Source of the DNA: Rubripirellula sp.
GTDB taxonomy: Bacteria > Planctomycetota > Planctomycetia > Pirellulales > Pirellulaceae
DNA length: 64,000 nt
Direction: 5' to 3'
NCBI GenBank assembly: GCA_965216875.1
Contig: OZ244207.1
Coordinates: 5,856,001-5,920,000 of the forward strand
Positions 49,682 to 60,311 of this stretch are shown piece after piece. Numbering within the stretch: the first letter of the stretch is position 1; the number at the start of each line of letters is the position of its first letter. The translations under genes were made by a program, and so were the position numbers. The notes beneath the pieces are model-generated. The model worked only from the letters and a program-made list of their open reading frames with translations. It searched no databases and was not told the origin of the DNA.

Positions 49682-50410
49682 ATGCTTTCGCACAAAGCGC
49701 ACAGCACCAAAACGGTCGCTCATCAAAAGTCATTCCATCGTGTTCGTGTGATCCCCCCGTCGCACTCGCCGGCAGCGGAATACGAAGCGCTTCGTGAAGA
49801 ACTTCTCGTTGGAAAGAAGTATGTCTTTGAAAGGCCACTCTTGATCATCACGATCAGTGTTGCAGCTGCAAACTTCACCAACGAAGCTCACTTGGCTTAT
49901 CTTCCACCGATCGTCATCGGACTGATGGTTTTCAATCTTTGGTTCACCGTAAACCGAATGCACAGCATTGCGCGTATCGTCGCCTACGTGCAAATCGAGC
50001 TTGAAGAGAGGAAATGGGAGCCGTGGCTGGGTTGGGAAACGTGCCTTAGACACTTTCGACTCTGGATCAACCGCAATCATTCGACGCGCCACAGCCTTAT
50101 GAAGGCTCGATTTGACAACAACGCCGTCCCCGACGCGATTGGCTACTACCCGATGATCTTCTACATGCACATTGCCGTGGTTGCGTTACTCTTTCTCGTC
50201 AGCGTCCGCAGTGTTTTCGCTGATTCGAGTTTTGCCAACATCGCACTCTTGCTCGTCACCTTTGCAATCTCGGTCGTTTTCACCTACACGGCTTGCCGAT
50301 GGCGTCCCCGAAGTTGCAAGAATCTGATCGAGCAAAACCGAGTTTGCTGGGAATACGTTTTCGAAGGACTCGAGCGTGATGGGATTCGAAAATCACGACA
50401 AATCAGATAA
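49682..50410 (+). CDS. Hypothetical 4-TM membrane protein
   Basis: 242-aa ORF with two pairs of hydrophobic helices separated by RIVAYVQIELE...WET; true start may be downstream. Confidence 0.6.
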   Translation: MLSHKAHSTKTVAHQKSFHRVRVIPPSHSPAAEYEALREELLVGKKYVFERPLLIITISVAAANFTNEAHLAYLPPIVIGLMVFNLWFTVNRMHSIARIVAYVQIELEERKWEPWLGWETCLRHFRLWINRNHSTRHSLMKARFDNNAVPDAIGYYPMIFYMHIAVVALLFLVSVRSVFADSSFANIALLLVTFAISVVFTYTACRWRPRSCKNLIEQNRVCWEYVFEGLERDGIRKSRQIR

Positions 50411-50434
50411 CCAACACGAATGCGCACGGCCGCC

Positions 50435-51538
50435 CTACGCACTCAGCGCAGCGTCCGAACGCGCCACATACCAGCTGTTTTGTATGTCGTGCTCCAAGTT
50501 TTGAATCGTCACGTTATTGAACCCTGCTTCGTTGAGCATCCTTTCCGCAAGCTGCTCACCCCAGACCGTTCCCAACCCGGCGCCGTCCTGTGCGAGCGAG
50601 ACTGTCATGCAATGCATCGTGGAGATCATATAGAGGAACGGACAGAGCAGATGTCCGATATTCTCCTCCAACTTCGATGATGCCTTCAAGTCTTGCATCA
50701 GAAAGGTTCCGCCGGGACGCAGCATCGAGTTCACGTTCTTGAGCACGGTGTCGGGCGCGCGTTGGTCATGAATCACGTCGAACGCGGTGATCAGATCAAA
50801 CTTGTCGTCGGATGCCACGGCGATGTCCGCAACTTCGAATCGAATGTTCTTCAAACCAAGCCGATCCGCTTCGCTACGAGCTGATTCGATTGGCGCCTCG
50901 CAGAGATCACGACCGACGAAACGGCTATTTGGAAAACGCTCTGCCAGCGCGCACAGGGCCCGACCGCTTCCACAACCGATGTCTAGAACATCGATTCCCT
51001 CTTCGAGCTTCTCTTGGGCATCGGGGACCAGCGGCAAGATTTGTGTGAAGAGCCCCTCGACAACAGTCCCCATCGACTCTTCTGCCATGACCGTATGAAA
51101 CCGCGAAAAGGCTTCGTAGGGTACACCGCCGCCGTTGTGAAAACAGTCGACGATTTGCGATTCAACTTCGCCCATCATCTGCAGGAACTGGAAGGTTGCC
51201 GCGATGTTCCCGCTGCCCGAAGCTCGCGTCAACAGCGCCGCGTGGTGCTTTGGCAGAAAATAGGTTTCGTTGTCACTGTCGTATGCGACGATTCCGCCCG
51301 TGACCATCGCTCCCAACCACTCGCGCACATAGCGTTCCTGGCACGAAGCCTTTTTCGCCAACGCTTCGCTCGATACCCAATCGTCGATTTCCGCCATCGC
51401 GTCAAACAGACCGGTGCGGTGGCCGAGTGAAACGCCAAACGCCAACGTCGCGCGATTCAAGGTCTCGATCATTTCACCGGCAAACGCTTCAGACGCGGCA
51501 TCGACATTTTCAACGTTGACCTTACAAGCTTGACACAT
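50435..51538 (-). CDS. Class I SAM-dependent methyltransferase with N-terminal winged-helix (Rv2258c-like)
   Basis: GHRTGLFDAM, ERYVREWL, GGGVPY, VLDIGCGSG, FDVIHD, MHCMTVSLA.DG.GLG. Confidence 0.9.
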   Translation of the reverse strand: MCQACKVNVENVDAASEAFAGEMIETLNRATLAFGVSLGHRTGLFDAMAEIDDWVSSEALAKKASCQERYVREWLGAMVTGGIVAYDSDNETYFLPKHHAALLTRASGSGNIAATFQFLQMMGEVESQIVDCFHNGGGVPYEAFSRFHTVMAEESMGTVVEGLFTQILPLVPDAQEKLEEGIDVLDIGCGSGRALCALAERFPNSRFVGRDLCEAPIESARSEADRLGLKNIRFEVADIAVASDDKFDLITAFDVIHDQRAPDTVLKNVNSMLRPGGTFLMQDLKASSKLEENIGHLLCPFLYMISTMHCMTVSLAQDGAGLGTVWGEQLAERMLNEAGFNNVTIQNLEHDIQNSWYVARSDAALSA

Positions 51539-51684
51539 TTCCTGGGCTCCGTCGGTTAAAGGCTTTTTCGATGCGAGCAGTGTACCGGAAAGCGATCGAA
51601 ATTCGCATCTTTGCCAGCTTGCTTTTCGTTGGCTGCTTCGTTTCGTCTAAAATCCGACCCTGCCGCCAACAAGGAAACACGTTC

Positions 51685-52419
51685 ATGCTGACAAGACTTC
51701 TCTCAATCATCACACTCCTCCTGCTGACCTTGCCAGCGTTTTGCGAGGAGCAGGATGCGGATGACACATTCGAGCAGTTCCGCTGCGATATCATGTCGAT
51801 TCAGTTGCCGAGAAGCGAATACTCGACCGCCTACTTCTTTGAAAACTATGCCGTCGAGTTCAAATCGGCAAATCAAAAAGAGATTGTCGCGTTTTACGAC
51901 CTCGACAAACACACATTCACTCGAGTCGACCCCACCGCCACCTTGACGCTCGAAGAATGCGAAGAGTGGAAAAAGCAAGCGACCAAGGTCTACCTATCCC
52001 AGGTCGACGAAGAACGTCGACCCGAGTGGGCGCGATACTACAAACGCACGCTCCACCCCGAATACGAAGTATCCAAGGAAAAGGCAGGACTCACGATCAA
52101 AGGCGAGATCCGCCGGTTTCAGATTGAGGGCCAACTCGAGTTGAGTGACAAGCAAATCGAACGCTTTCTCGCCTTCCACGAACTACGCGCCTACCACCGA
52201 AGAATGACGGAGCGGATGATTCCGCCCGCGCCGATGCTCGAAGTCAACAAGGCACTCAAAGAGCACAGCTTCGTCCCTGAACTGATTCAAGTCACAGTCA
52301 AACATGGGGAAGGCAACCAGTCGCAAGAACGGACGGCGTTTCGAATCTACAAAGCAAGTGATCAAGAGATTTCCCAAGCACGAAAAGCAATGCTCGCCGT
52401 CCCGCCCGAAGAGGATTGA
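51685..52419 (+). CDS. Hypothetical exported protein
   Basis: AAGGA RBS, signal peptide MLTRLLSIITLLLLTLPAFC; 6 nt upstream of the sulfatase. Confidence 0.7.
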   Translation: MLTRLLSIITLLLLTLPAFCEEQDADDTFEQFRCDIMSIQLPRSEYSTAYFFENYAVEFKSANQKEIVAFYDLDKHTFTRVDPTATLTLEECEEWKKQATKVYLSQVDEERRPEWARYYKRTLHPEYEVSKEKAGLTIKGEIRRFQIEGQLELSDKQIERFLAFHELRAYHRRMTERMIPPAPMLEVNKALKEHSFVPELIQVTVKHGEGNQSQERTAFRIYKASDQEISQARKAMLAVPPEED

Positions 52420-52425
52420 TGAGGC

Positions 52426-53835
52426 ATGAACCGAATTGTTTTTTTGGCAGCCTGTTTCTTGGCAATCATGGCTCCGCCTTCGCGAGCAGACGAAAGCCGC
52501 TTGAGCATCGTGCTTTTTCTGATCGATGACCTTGGCTGGATGGATTTGGGTTGCCAGGGAAGCACCTATTACAAAACACCCAATATCGACCGACTCGCAG
52601 CGGAAGGCGTCCGCTTTACTGATGCCTATGCTGCGTGTGCCGTTTGCTCTCCCACCCGCGCCTCGATTCTCACCGGCAAGTACCCGGCTCGCCTGTTGCT
52701 GACCGATTGGTTGCCCTCCGGTCGGTGGGATCCGAAAGCCAAACTGATCGAAGGCCGAAAGATCCGAGGGCTGCCGGTCGAAGAAATCACTCTCGCCGAA
52801 GTGCTCCGCGAGCATGGTTATCAAACGGTCCATCTTGGCAAGTGGCACTTAGGAAGCGAACCGTTTTGTTTGCCCGAGCATCATGGGTTCGACATCAACA
52901 TCGGTGGAAACGCTCACGGTGCGCCCGGTCAGTATTTTTTTCCGTACCAAGGCAACTGGTCCATTCCGACGACATCTCACCGCGCGAAGTGGAACGTCTT
53001 TCGCGATGGAACAAAGGGCGAATACCTCACGGACCGACTCACCGACGAAGCCGTGAAGGTGATCCGAGCATCGGGTGACAAACCCTTCCTGCTCTACTTT
53101 CCCCACTACGGTGTGCATTCTCCTCTTCAAGCACCAAAAGACCTCATCAAGAAATACGAGCGAATCCCCGAGGCAGAACGTCAGGGCAAGCCGGTTTACG
53201 CCGCAATGGTCGAGAGCATCGACAATAGTGTTGGACGCGTCGTGGATGCATTGCGCGAAGCAGGCAAACACAACAACACTGTGATCATTTTCACGTCCGA
53301 CAATGGTGGCTTCTTCAAGGCTACCAACAACGCTCCATTGCGGGCGAACAAGGGAGCCTACTACGAAGGCGGGATCCGCGTTCCACTGATCATTCGCTGG
53401 CCAGGGGTCTCAAAACCAGGGCGAGTGATTGACGAACCGGTCATCAGCAACGATCTGTATCCAACCTGTTTATCGGCCGCTGGTGTTGCGTCGATGCCCA
53501 ACCAACACCTCGATGGTGTCGACTTGAAACCATTGCTTTCAGACGCGGAAACACTTTCCCGGGAATCACTTTTTTGGCATTTCCCGCATTACAACAATCA
53601 TCCCTCCAGCTACCCGTCGAGTGTGATTCGCAAGGGCGATTGGAAGCTGATCGAATCATTCGACCCCGCCAAAATCGAGCTTTACCACTTGAAAGTCGAC
53701 ATAGGGGAAACGACCAATCTTGCCGAAACCGATCCAGCGCGCCGAGATGCTCTTCTCGACGAGCTCAACGCCTGGAAAGCCACCGTCCGCGCCGAACCGA
53801 TGCGTCCCAATCCTAATCACGCGCCAATGGACTGA
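52426..53835 (+). CDS. Cys-type sulfatase, exported
   Basis: IDDLGWMD, CSPTRASILTGK, GKWHLG, TSDNGG, KGAYYEGGIRVP, WHFPHY. Confidence 0.93.
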   Translation: MNRIVFLAACFLAIMAPPSRADESRLSIVLFLIDDLGWMDLGCQGSTYYKTPNIDRLAAEGVRFTDAYAACAVCSPTRASILTGKYPARLLLTDWLPSGRWDPKAKLIEGRKIRGLPVEEITLAEVLREHGYQTVHLGKWHLGSEPFCLPEHHGFDINIGGNAHGAPGQYFFPYQGNWSIPTTSHRAKWNVFRDGTKGEYLTDRLTDEAVKVIRASGDKPFLLYFPHYGVHSPLQAPKDLIKKYERIPEAERQGKPVYAAMVESIDNSVGRVVDALREAGKHNNTVIIFTSDNGGFFKATNNAPLRANKGAYYEGGIRVPLIIRWPGVSKPGRVIDEPVISNDLYPTCLSAAGVASMPNQHLDGVDLKPLLSDAETLSRESLFWHFPHYNNHPSSYPSSVIRKGDWKLIESFDPAKIELYHLKVDIGETTNLAETDPARRDALLDELNAWKATVRAEPMRPNPNHAPMD

Positions 53836-53942
53836 GTTGCAGCGGCCTCCACATCCAGATTCTCGTAGTGGACGAGGCCACGAGTCCCCCTGTCAATCCT
53901 CGCCTACTAACAAGAAACGAGGGTTCGCAACAATCGGAGCGG

Positions 53943-54566
53943 CTATGGCAGTTCAAGAATAGCGATGTCTTTGAACTCAACGTGCATGTCAGTTCCCCCA
54001 TGCAGCTGCAACGCGATGTGCCCATTCTTCAAACAAGCTTTGTCGCCGATCAATTCCGTCACCATCACGCCATTGATCGAGACCGTGATGTCATCTTTGA
54101 TCGCTGTGACTGTCATATCGATCCAATCGTCACGGGAAACGATTTGTTCAATGAGTTGAGGATCCGGCTTCCTCACCCAGCCTCGCAACGACGTTTCGTA
54201 GAGACCGCCGACGGCAGTGCTGGCATCAACTTCTGCTTGAAACCCCTTTACGGCGACGTTCGTGGTGGTCTTTTGAGCTCGAAAGTAGAGTCCCGAGTTA
54301 CCTTGATGAACGCGAAACTTGACGCGAAGTACAAAGTTGCCAAATTGCTCGTCTGTCACAAGCAGTCCGTGCCGTGGCTCTGACTTCGGACTCGTTCCGA
54401 CAATCACCCCGTCGACCACCTCCCACTTGCCGCCTGGCTGAGTGTGCCAGCCTGTTAAGTCTTGGCCGTTGAAGAGCGGCTTCCATGTTTGAGCGGTCGC
54501 GTTTTTTGAAAACGCCGCGACGGCAAAAAGGAAGGTCAAGGAGGGCACAACCAATCGAAACATCAT
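53943..54566 (-). CDS. DUF1080 (3-keto-disaccharide hydrolase-like) exported protein
   Basis: WKPLFNGQDLTGW, W.V.DG.I, NSGLYFR, GHIALQLHG, VEFKDI. Confidence 0.9.
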   Translation of the reverse strand: MMFRLVVPSLTFLFAVAAFSKNATAQTWKPLFNGQDLTGWHTQPGGKWEVVDGVIVGTSPKSEPRHGLLVTDEQFGNFVLRVKFRVHQGNSGLYFRAQKTTTNVAVKGFQAEVDASTAVGGLYETSLRGWVRKPDPQLIEQIVSRDDWIDMTVTAIKDDITVSINGVMVTELIGDKACLKNGHIALQLHGGTDMHVEFKDIAILELP

Positions 54567-54578
54567 TTCTCTTCGCAA

Positions 54579-55175
54579 CTAGTTTGAGGCGATAAAGTTC
54601 GCGGCCAAGTGTTCGCGGAATCGAGTGAAGTCACTCTCGATCTGCGGATTCTTCATGACGTCATAACACGCAAACGTCTCCAACGGCTGCATGTCAAAGA
54701 ACCGAAAATTCAAATGCATCGGCCAAAACAATTCATCAGCTGACTTGCCCTCAAAGAACGTCTGTGACACATCATTGAACGAGTTGCCCGGCGCGTTGAA
54801 GGTCAGCGAAAGCATGTAGCGTTTACCACTGAGTGTGCCTCCTGTTCCGTATTGCTTGGTTGGATCGGACCTTGTTCTGCCGTCGCCGTCACAAAGACGC
54901 CCGTCCATGCCAAAGGAATAGACATGGTCCATGTATTTCTTGAAGCTCCACGGAACGCCCATCCAGTTCACTGGAGTTTGAAGGAGAATGGCGTCAGCCC
55001 ACCGATGCTTTTCGATTTCTGCATCGACTTGCCAGTCATCTTTCATCGTTGTCAGCTGAGTTTCGCACCCCGCAGCCGCAAAGTGCTCGAGAGCAATATC
55101 AACCATCGATTGGTTGAGCTGCCCTTTTGAAAACTCGTATTCCTGATGAGCGTTGATAACGAATATCTTTTTCAT
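54579..55175 (-). CDS. mdaB: NAD(P)H:quinone oxidoreductase, MdaB-type flavodoxin-like fold
   Basis: [55 protein letters not shown]. Confidence 0.88.
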   Translation of the reverse strand: MKKIFVINAHQEYEFSKGQLNQSMVDIALEHFAAAGCETQLTTMKDDWQVDAEIEKHRWADAILLQTPVNWMGVPWSFKKYMDHVYSFGMDGRLCDGDGRTRSDPTKQYGTGGTLSGKRYMLSLTFNAPGNSFNDVSQTFFEGKSADELFWPMHLNFRFFDMQPLETFACYDVMKNPQIESDFTRFREHLAANFIASN

Positions 55176-55323
55176 GAGTCTTTTGGCTCTGGACGTTCGG
55201 ATTTTGGAACTTGGTGCAGGAGTTTTCGGCAACAAACGAGCTTATCGCAATCACCATGGCAGTTGGTAGTACCGACCTTTCTTCGGGATCAATACAGATA
55301 CCGCCGGAAGGCAGTGCCGGAAC

Positions 55324-57945
55324 TCACTCCTCGATCAATCTCTTGTACACCTTAAGAGCGTGTCCATAGGCTTCGCGAGCATCGTTTTGCTCAGCCTCTG
55401 CGTACGTGTTTTGCTTTGTTTTCCAACATTGCTCGACGCCCGCCAAACACCACCTCGCACTGTCAACCGAGCCTCGCACCGGTTCGTCCCCGACAACGAT
55501 GAAGATCGGATTGGTGTGCGAATGAGGGAACACCCGAATGGCTGCCCAACTGCTCTTTCGGAACTCATGTTTGAATCTCAGTTTTTGCCGCTCACCGTTC
55601 GCCTTGATCGCTTGGCTCGCGACCGGATATCCGTTGACGACCAACTCGGCTTCGACGCTGTCTTTGCCTTGAACCAATCCGGCCGCCTCGACTTCAAGCG
55701 TCACCGCTTCGGCTTCTGAGAGCTTTAGCTCACTTCCATCGACACCGACTTGCACTGGCTCACTCGTCGATGTGGTCGCCGAGAAATCAAGCAGGTGGCA
55801 GAAACCGTCGCTGAGATAGCTGCGACCGTCAGCAATCGCTTGAACCCATTTTTCGAAGGTCAGCTTTCCGTCAACCTTTGCGTAGACTCGGCCGATCCCA
55901 ACGCGCTCGCCACTCATGCATGGAAAGTCGGTCTCGCCGCTTGCCGCCACTCGGAAACCGCAATTCAAGACGTGGTACCACATGTTCCATTCCGCCACGC
56001 GTGGTGTGTTCATCGTGGAGATAAAGTCGACGGCGGGCACGGGACTGCCGTCCGGGCCGGGGACTTCGTGCGTGACGTCGACAATGAACTCGTTGGCACC
56101 AATTCCGTCAAACGCAGGAATGTTGAAATTCGGTAACCCATTGGGACCATCTTTTCCATCCGTGTTGGGGACACGGCCAACAAAAGCGGTAAGCCCGGCC
56201 GCCGAGTGAGCTGGTCCACAGACGGCCCCCTGACGCTTTGCCCAACGAAGCGTATTGAGCCCGAGCGTTGGCCAATGATCTTTTGATTCGCCACCCGGAT
56301 AGATCTGCTGCTTGAGATTCAACAAGTTCAAGTGCCCTGACATGTGCGATCCGAAACCGGAGACTTCGACGTCGTATCGCAGTGTGTAGGGATAGCGTGA
56401 TTGTTCAGCAACCTCGCCACTGAAGAATCGCTTTTGATAATCGAAACAGGGCCCCCAAGTCAGACAACATCCCACCTTAAGGTCTTCGCCCATGATGTGG
56501 CGAATCATGTCTTGCGGTTTTACGCCTTGCGTTGGATTGTCGTAGTGCAGACACCCGGCCGCGTGGATGTGATGATCGCCAGACCACCATCCGGACAAAG
56601 CGGGATCGACCCATCGTTTCACTCGATACATCAATTCGGTCGGCTGGGTACCTACCGTCAACTGCTTGGTTTCCGGAATCGACTCAGGGCCGCGTGAACA
56701 AGTGATCGAGTACTGTCCTGGAGGCAGTGAAATCGTCTCACCATCACCTCGATAGATATGGCGTTGAAAGAAAAAATCGGGCGCCAGACGCTTTGACTGG
56801 GCAGGGTAGATCCTGCCTCCGCTGTCCCGAACCTCGAACTTCGCAAATGCCGGCAAGCCTTCGTCCTCGACACGCAACGTCACGGACGTTGCCGCGTTGC
56901 AATCAAAGTCGATGGGAAGTGGTGCCCAATTCTTACTCCGCTGAGCCGAATACAAGTCAATCCAATCGATTCGCATCTGCCCAGGTTTGATAAGAGGGTC
57001 GATCCGAATTCCCGCCAACTCTCCATCAACATGAAAGGGAATCTCATAGAGCTGTTCCTTATTCGGCTCCAAGATGAAATTCGTTTGTCGGTCGCCGGTT
57101 GCATTCGGAATGTCTTTCGTCCACCAGAACACTTGTCCGATTCCGGCCACTGGTGTCTTGGCCCAGAACCTGAGCATCATCGGTCCACCGCGCGACTCGA
57201 CCACCGCTCCCATGAACGGATCTTCTCCCGTCGATTCGACCTGTAGCGAGCCGTTACTCGCCTTGATCGAAATCTGATTCATTTCATTCCACCCGTCCGT
57301 ATCCTTGTCGAATCGCCATTCGCGTATCAGATCACGATCACCGTGGGGATCCCCGCTGACGTTGAACTCAAGCGTCGCCGACTTTTGCCCTTCATCGCGG
57401 CTGTAGATCTGAACGATGCGATATTCAAGTGCGAGCCCGCTGAGGTTCGCCCGCATCGGCTGGCCTTCAAATGACGAGATCTGCATCCACCGTGACGCCA
57501 CTTCATCGAGCGGTGCCTGCGGCAGCGGGCGAGCATTTGGGCTTTCAATAAACAATCGCCCGGTGCGCTGGTGTCGATTGATCACTTTGACAAGAAACGT
57601 GCGCCAACCCTGCTCCAACAACTCGGGCCTGGCGGCCGCTTGCGTGACTTTCGGCGGCCCCGATTCTTGAACGTCAACAACCGCGAGACAGAGCGGATCG
57701 AAAATTCGCTGCACCGCGTCGGTAACACGCTCAGCCGAATCGAGTTGTTTTGCTTGCTCGAGTTGAACAAGTGCATCCTCGTTCAATGGCCTGCCAACCA
57801 CATCGAGCGCTTCGGACAACCGATGAACCTGTGCCAGGAGCGGTTGTGCGGGCACATCCAAATCAACCACTCGTTCATCAGCCGGACATCGAGGGGCAAT
57901 GACAACCGTCAGCCACGCAATGCAGATTGAGATGCGTTTCATCAT
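55324..57945 (-). CDS. CehA/McbA-family (PHP-like) metallohydrolase, exported
   Basis: GWWSGDHHIHAAGC, EVSGFGSH..GHL, GPAHS, LNCGFRVAASGETDFPC, HTNPIF. Confidence 0.85.
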   Translation of the reverse strand: MMKRISICIAWLTVVIAPRCPADERVVDLDVPAQPLLAQVHRLSEALDVVGRPLNEDALVQLEQAKQLDSAERVTDAVQRIFDPLCLAVVDVQESGPPKVTQAAARPELLEQGWRTFLVKVINRHQRTGRLFIESPNARPLPQAPLDEVASRWMQISSFEGQPMRANLSGLALEYRIVQIYSRDEGQKSATLEFNVSGDPHGDRDLIREWRFDKDTDGWNEMNQISIKASNGSLQVESTGEDPFMGAVVESRGGPMMLRFWAKTPVAGIGQVFWWTKDIPNATGDRQTNFILEPNKEQLYEIPFHVDGELAGIRIDPLIKPGQMRIDWIDLYSAQRSKNWAPLPIDFDCNAATSVTLRVEDEGLPAFAKFEVRDSGGRIYPAQSKRLAPDFFFQRHIYRGDGETISLPPGQYSITCSRGPESIPETKQLTVGTQPTELMYRVKRWVDPALSGWWSGDHHIHAAGCLHYDNPTQGVKPQDMIRHIMGEDLKVGCCLTWGPCFDYQKRFFSGEVAEQSRYPYTLRYDVEVSGFGSHMSGHLNLLNLKQQIYPGGESKDHWPTLGLNTLRWAKRQGAVCGPAHSAAGLTAFVGRVPNTDGKDGPNGLPNFNIPAFDGIGANEFIVDVTHEVPGPDGSPVPAVDFISTMNTPRVAEWNMWYHVLNCGFRVAASGETDFPCMSGERVGIGRVYAKVDGKLTFEKWVQAIADGRSYLSDGFCHLLDFSATTSTSEPVQVGVDGSELKLSEAEAVTLEVEAAGLVQGKDSVEAELVVNGYPVASQAIKANGERQKLRFKHEFRKSSWAAIRVFPHSHTNPIFIVVGDEPVRGSVDSARWCLAGVEQCWKTKQNTYAEAEQNDAREAYGHALKVYKRLIEE

Positions 57946-57952
57946 GTATTCC

Positions 57953-60034
57953 TTAGCGAGCGTCGACGTCGGGGCTTGTTGACGCCTCGAGTAGTACATC
58001 GGTCGTTGCGCGAAAACCGAGATCTTGAGTCCCCTGTCCAGCGTCTCCCACGATGCGAACTTCTCTTAGCCCAGCAAACTGCGGAGTGACGCACATCACT
58101 TTGAATTCGGACGTCGCGCCGGAAAAGTACGGCGAGGTAAAGGAGCCGTCGACAACTTCGATCGAGCACCAGCTCGCAGTACCCGGAGGACTGGTGGAGA
58201 CATCGATCGCCGTCAAGTTTAGCGGCGCCGTGATTCCAGCTGCATTGTCGACCCTGATCAACCAATACTGTGGCCGGCGCTGTTCGAGCTTGAGCTTCGG
58301 TTGAAGACTGCGGACTTTCACGCGTGACTCGGGGTTGATCGATACTTCCAAAGCGACCAATGGTGCCAACGCCTCGTCCAATTCACGCCGCGAGGTGGCG
58401 TTGCCCAGGTTGTTTAACACGGCTTGGGTCGTTTCGGATTTGTTGAAGCGAAGCAACGCGTTGCGCAAACGACTGCGTGACTGCTGCCACGTTTCATCGC
58501 GAGCGAACGTGTGGTCGGCATTCGCGTCTCTGTGTCGTTTTTGCCAAAACTCGCGTGCCTGGTGGTGCCAACGCAAAACGGATGCACGCGCCGTCAAGTC
58601 CGGAACGTTTCGAATCACGCGTTCGATTCGTTCGTCGATCCAATCCAAAAAGAACTGCGCCGACTTGCGACTGACCCAAGGACTTCCGTCGGGTCGCGGG
58701 ACATACCAGGGTGCAGTGGATGCAAACCGAAAAGTATGATCCACGTCGGCGACGGCTCGCACCAGAAACCATCCGGGTTCGGGCAGCATCACGGTCGTTC
58801 GAATCGTTTGATGCGGCTCCTGCGAACATGGCACACGCTTGATGACATTCCCGTTGTGGATGACTTCAATCTGCGACACCGGGTCGTTGGAATCAAGTTC
58901 GACTTCCAACGCGACTTCCTTTCCGATCTCGAATGGAATCCCCGCTCCGGGCAACTGCCCATTCGACTTGACTCGTACTAGCGGGCCATTGGTCACAAAG
59001 CATCGCCCTTCCTTTAGCGCGCTGAACCAGCTTTGACACGTCAATGGCATCTCGCTCAAGTGAACGTAAACACGGTTGTAGCCGACAGGGTTTGGAAGAA
59101 CGCCCGATGCGCTGCCGGCTGAGGGCGGGATCCGGATTCCGCAGTTGAGGATGTGATAGTAGATCTGTTGCGTCCAAAGACCATTGCCATGCGGGCCGGG
59201 ATACTGCTGGAGGTCGCGAGCGCGCCCCCATGCTTCGTTACCCAAGACGCCGCCGCGATGCATGTGGTTGTGTGCAATCCCAATCGAGTCGGGTTCGGCG
59301 ATCGCAATCCAAAGCGGCACATCCCACCAAAACGGCTTTTCAATATCGATCCAAACGTTTGGATTCTGCTGTCGCGCCTGTGCGACAAACACCATCGGCG
59401 AAGGAAACTCGCGCGACTTCACCGTGAGGTCCAGGGCCCTGCTGAGACCAAAGTACAACAACGCGCCACCTTCGCGTTCGTCTTCGCCGGCGCCAATGCT
59501 GTAGACGCGACCATCTCCCATCGAGAAGTCCGTTTTCGACAACGATCGAGCATTCGGAGCCGGTTGATTCCACCATCCAATCACAGGAGCAAAATCGAGG
59601 TCCTCGGCCGACATCAGCAGTTCGACATCCGAAACTGGTCGATGCACATGCAGATCACCGCTGTACCAACCCGATTCGCGCATTGAAGTCAGACGAGAGA
59701 GTTGAGAGACAACTTTGGTCGTCTTACCGCGTTCCGCTGTCACACTGCCCGACAATCGACCGAACTCAGGCCCGCGTTCAATTTCCCACGTGTATTCTCC
59801 TGGTAGCAAATCGATCGAGGCTTTTCCAGGACAGACGAAGTGATCCTTCCAAGTCGGCAAGTTCGGTGGCTTGTGGGACGATCCCGCGGCATCACGAAGA
59901 TGAATCCGGCATGGAACCTGTTTGCCGCCGGAGTCCGTCACCTGAAACTCCAAGCGGGTGGTTTCCTGCGCCACGCAGACAGCCGCGTTCAGAAACAACA
60001 GAACTGGCAAAGCGATCACAAACGCGGATTTCAC
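57953..60034 (-). CDS. CehA/McbA-family (PHP-like) metallohydrolase, exported
   Basis: ERGPEF, GWYSGDLHVHR, EKPFWWD, LNCGIRIPPSAGSASG, GYNRVYV, GRCFVTNGP. Confidence 0.85.
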   Translation of the reverse strand: MKSAFVIALPVLLFLNAAVCVAQETTRLEFQVTDSGGKQVPCRIHLRDAAGSSHKPPNLPTWKDHFVCPGKASIDLLPGEYTWEIERGPEFGRLSGSVTAERGKTTKVVSQLSRLTSMRESGWYSGDLHVHRPVSDVELLMSAEDLDFAPVIGWWNQPAPNARSLSKTDFSMGDGRVYSIGAGEDEREGGALLYFGLSRALDLTVKSREFPSPMVFVAQARQQNPNVWIDIEKPFWWDVPLWIAIAEPDSIGIAHNHMHRGGVLGNEAWGRARDLQQYPGPHGNGLWTQQIYYHILNCGIRIPPSAGSASGVLPNPVGYNRVYVHLSEMPLTCQSWFSALKEGRCFVTNGPLVRVKSNGQLPGAGIPFEIGKEVALEVELDSNDPVSQIEVIHNGNVIKRVPCSQEPHQTIRTTVMLPEPGWFLVRAVADVDHTFRFASTAPWYVPRPDGSPWVSRKSAQFFLDWIDERIERVIRNVPDLTARASVLRWHHQAREFWQKRHRDANADHTFARDETWQQSRSRLRNALLRFNKSETTQAVLNNLGNATSRRELDEALAPLVALEVSINPESRVKVRSLQPKLKLEQRRPQYWLIRVDNAAGITAPLNLTAIDVSTSPPGTASWCSIEVVDGSFTSPYFSGATSEFKVMCVTPQFAGLREVRIVGDAGQGTQDLGFRATTDVLLEASTSPDVDAR

Positions 60035-60311
60035 AAGCGTCCTCTTCGTAGGAACCTCCCGGCAATCGGATATTGTTGTTGGTCGCCGATTGCGATGGTA
60101 GTTCTTTTTGCAGCGTTCGGGGTAAACGCCGGCAGCGCAACAAAAAGCGAACGGGACTATTTCCCGTTCGCTTCATCCTGCGCTACGGCTCGGTCTAGGG
60201 CAAGCAACCATGCGAGCGTGACGCCAACGGCCGCAATGCGAACGAACTGCTTGAGCCCTGCCGCAGCCGCTAACACCAACCCGCAGCGTGCACCATGGCT
60301 GTACCCATTGA

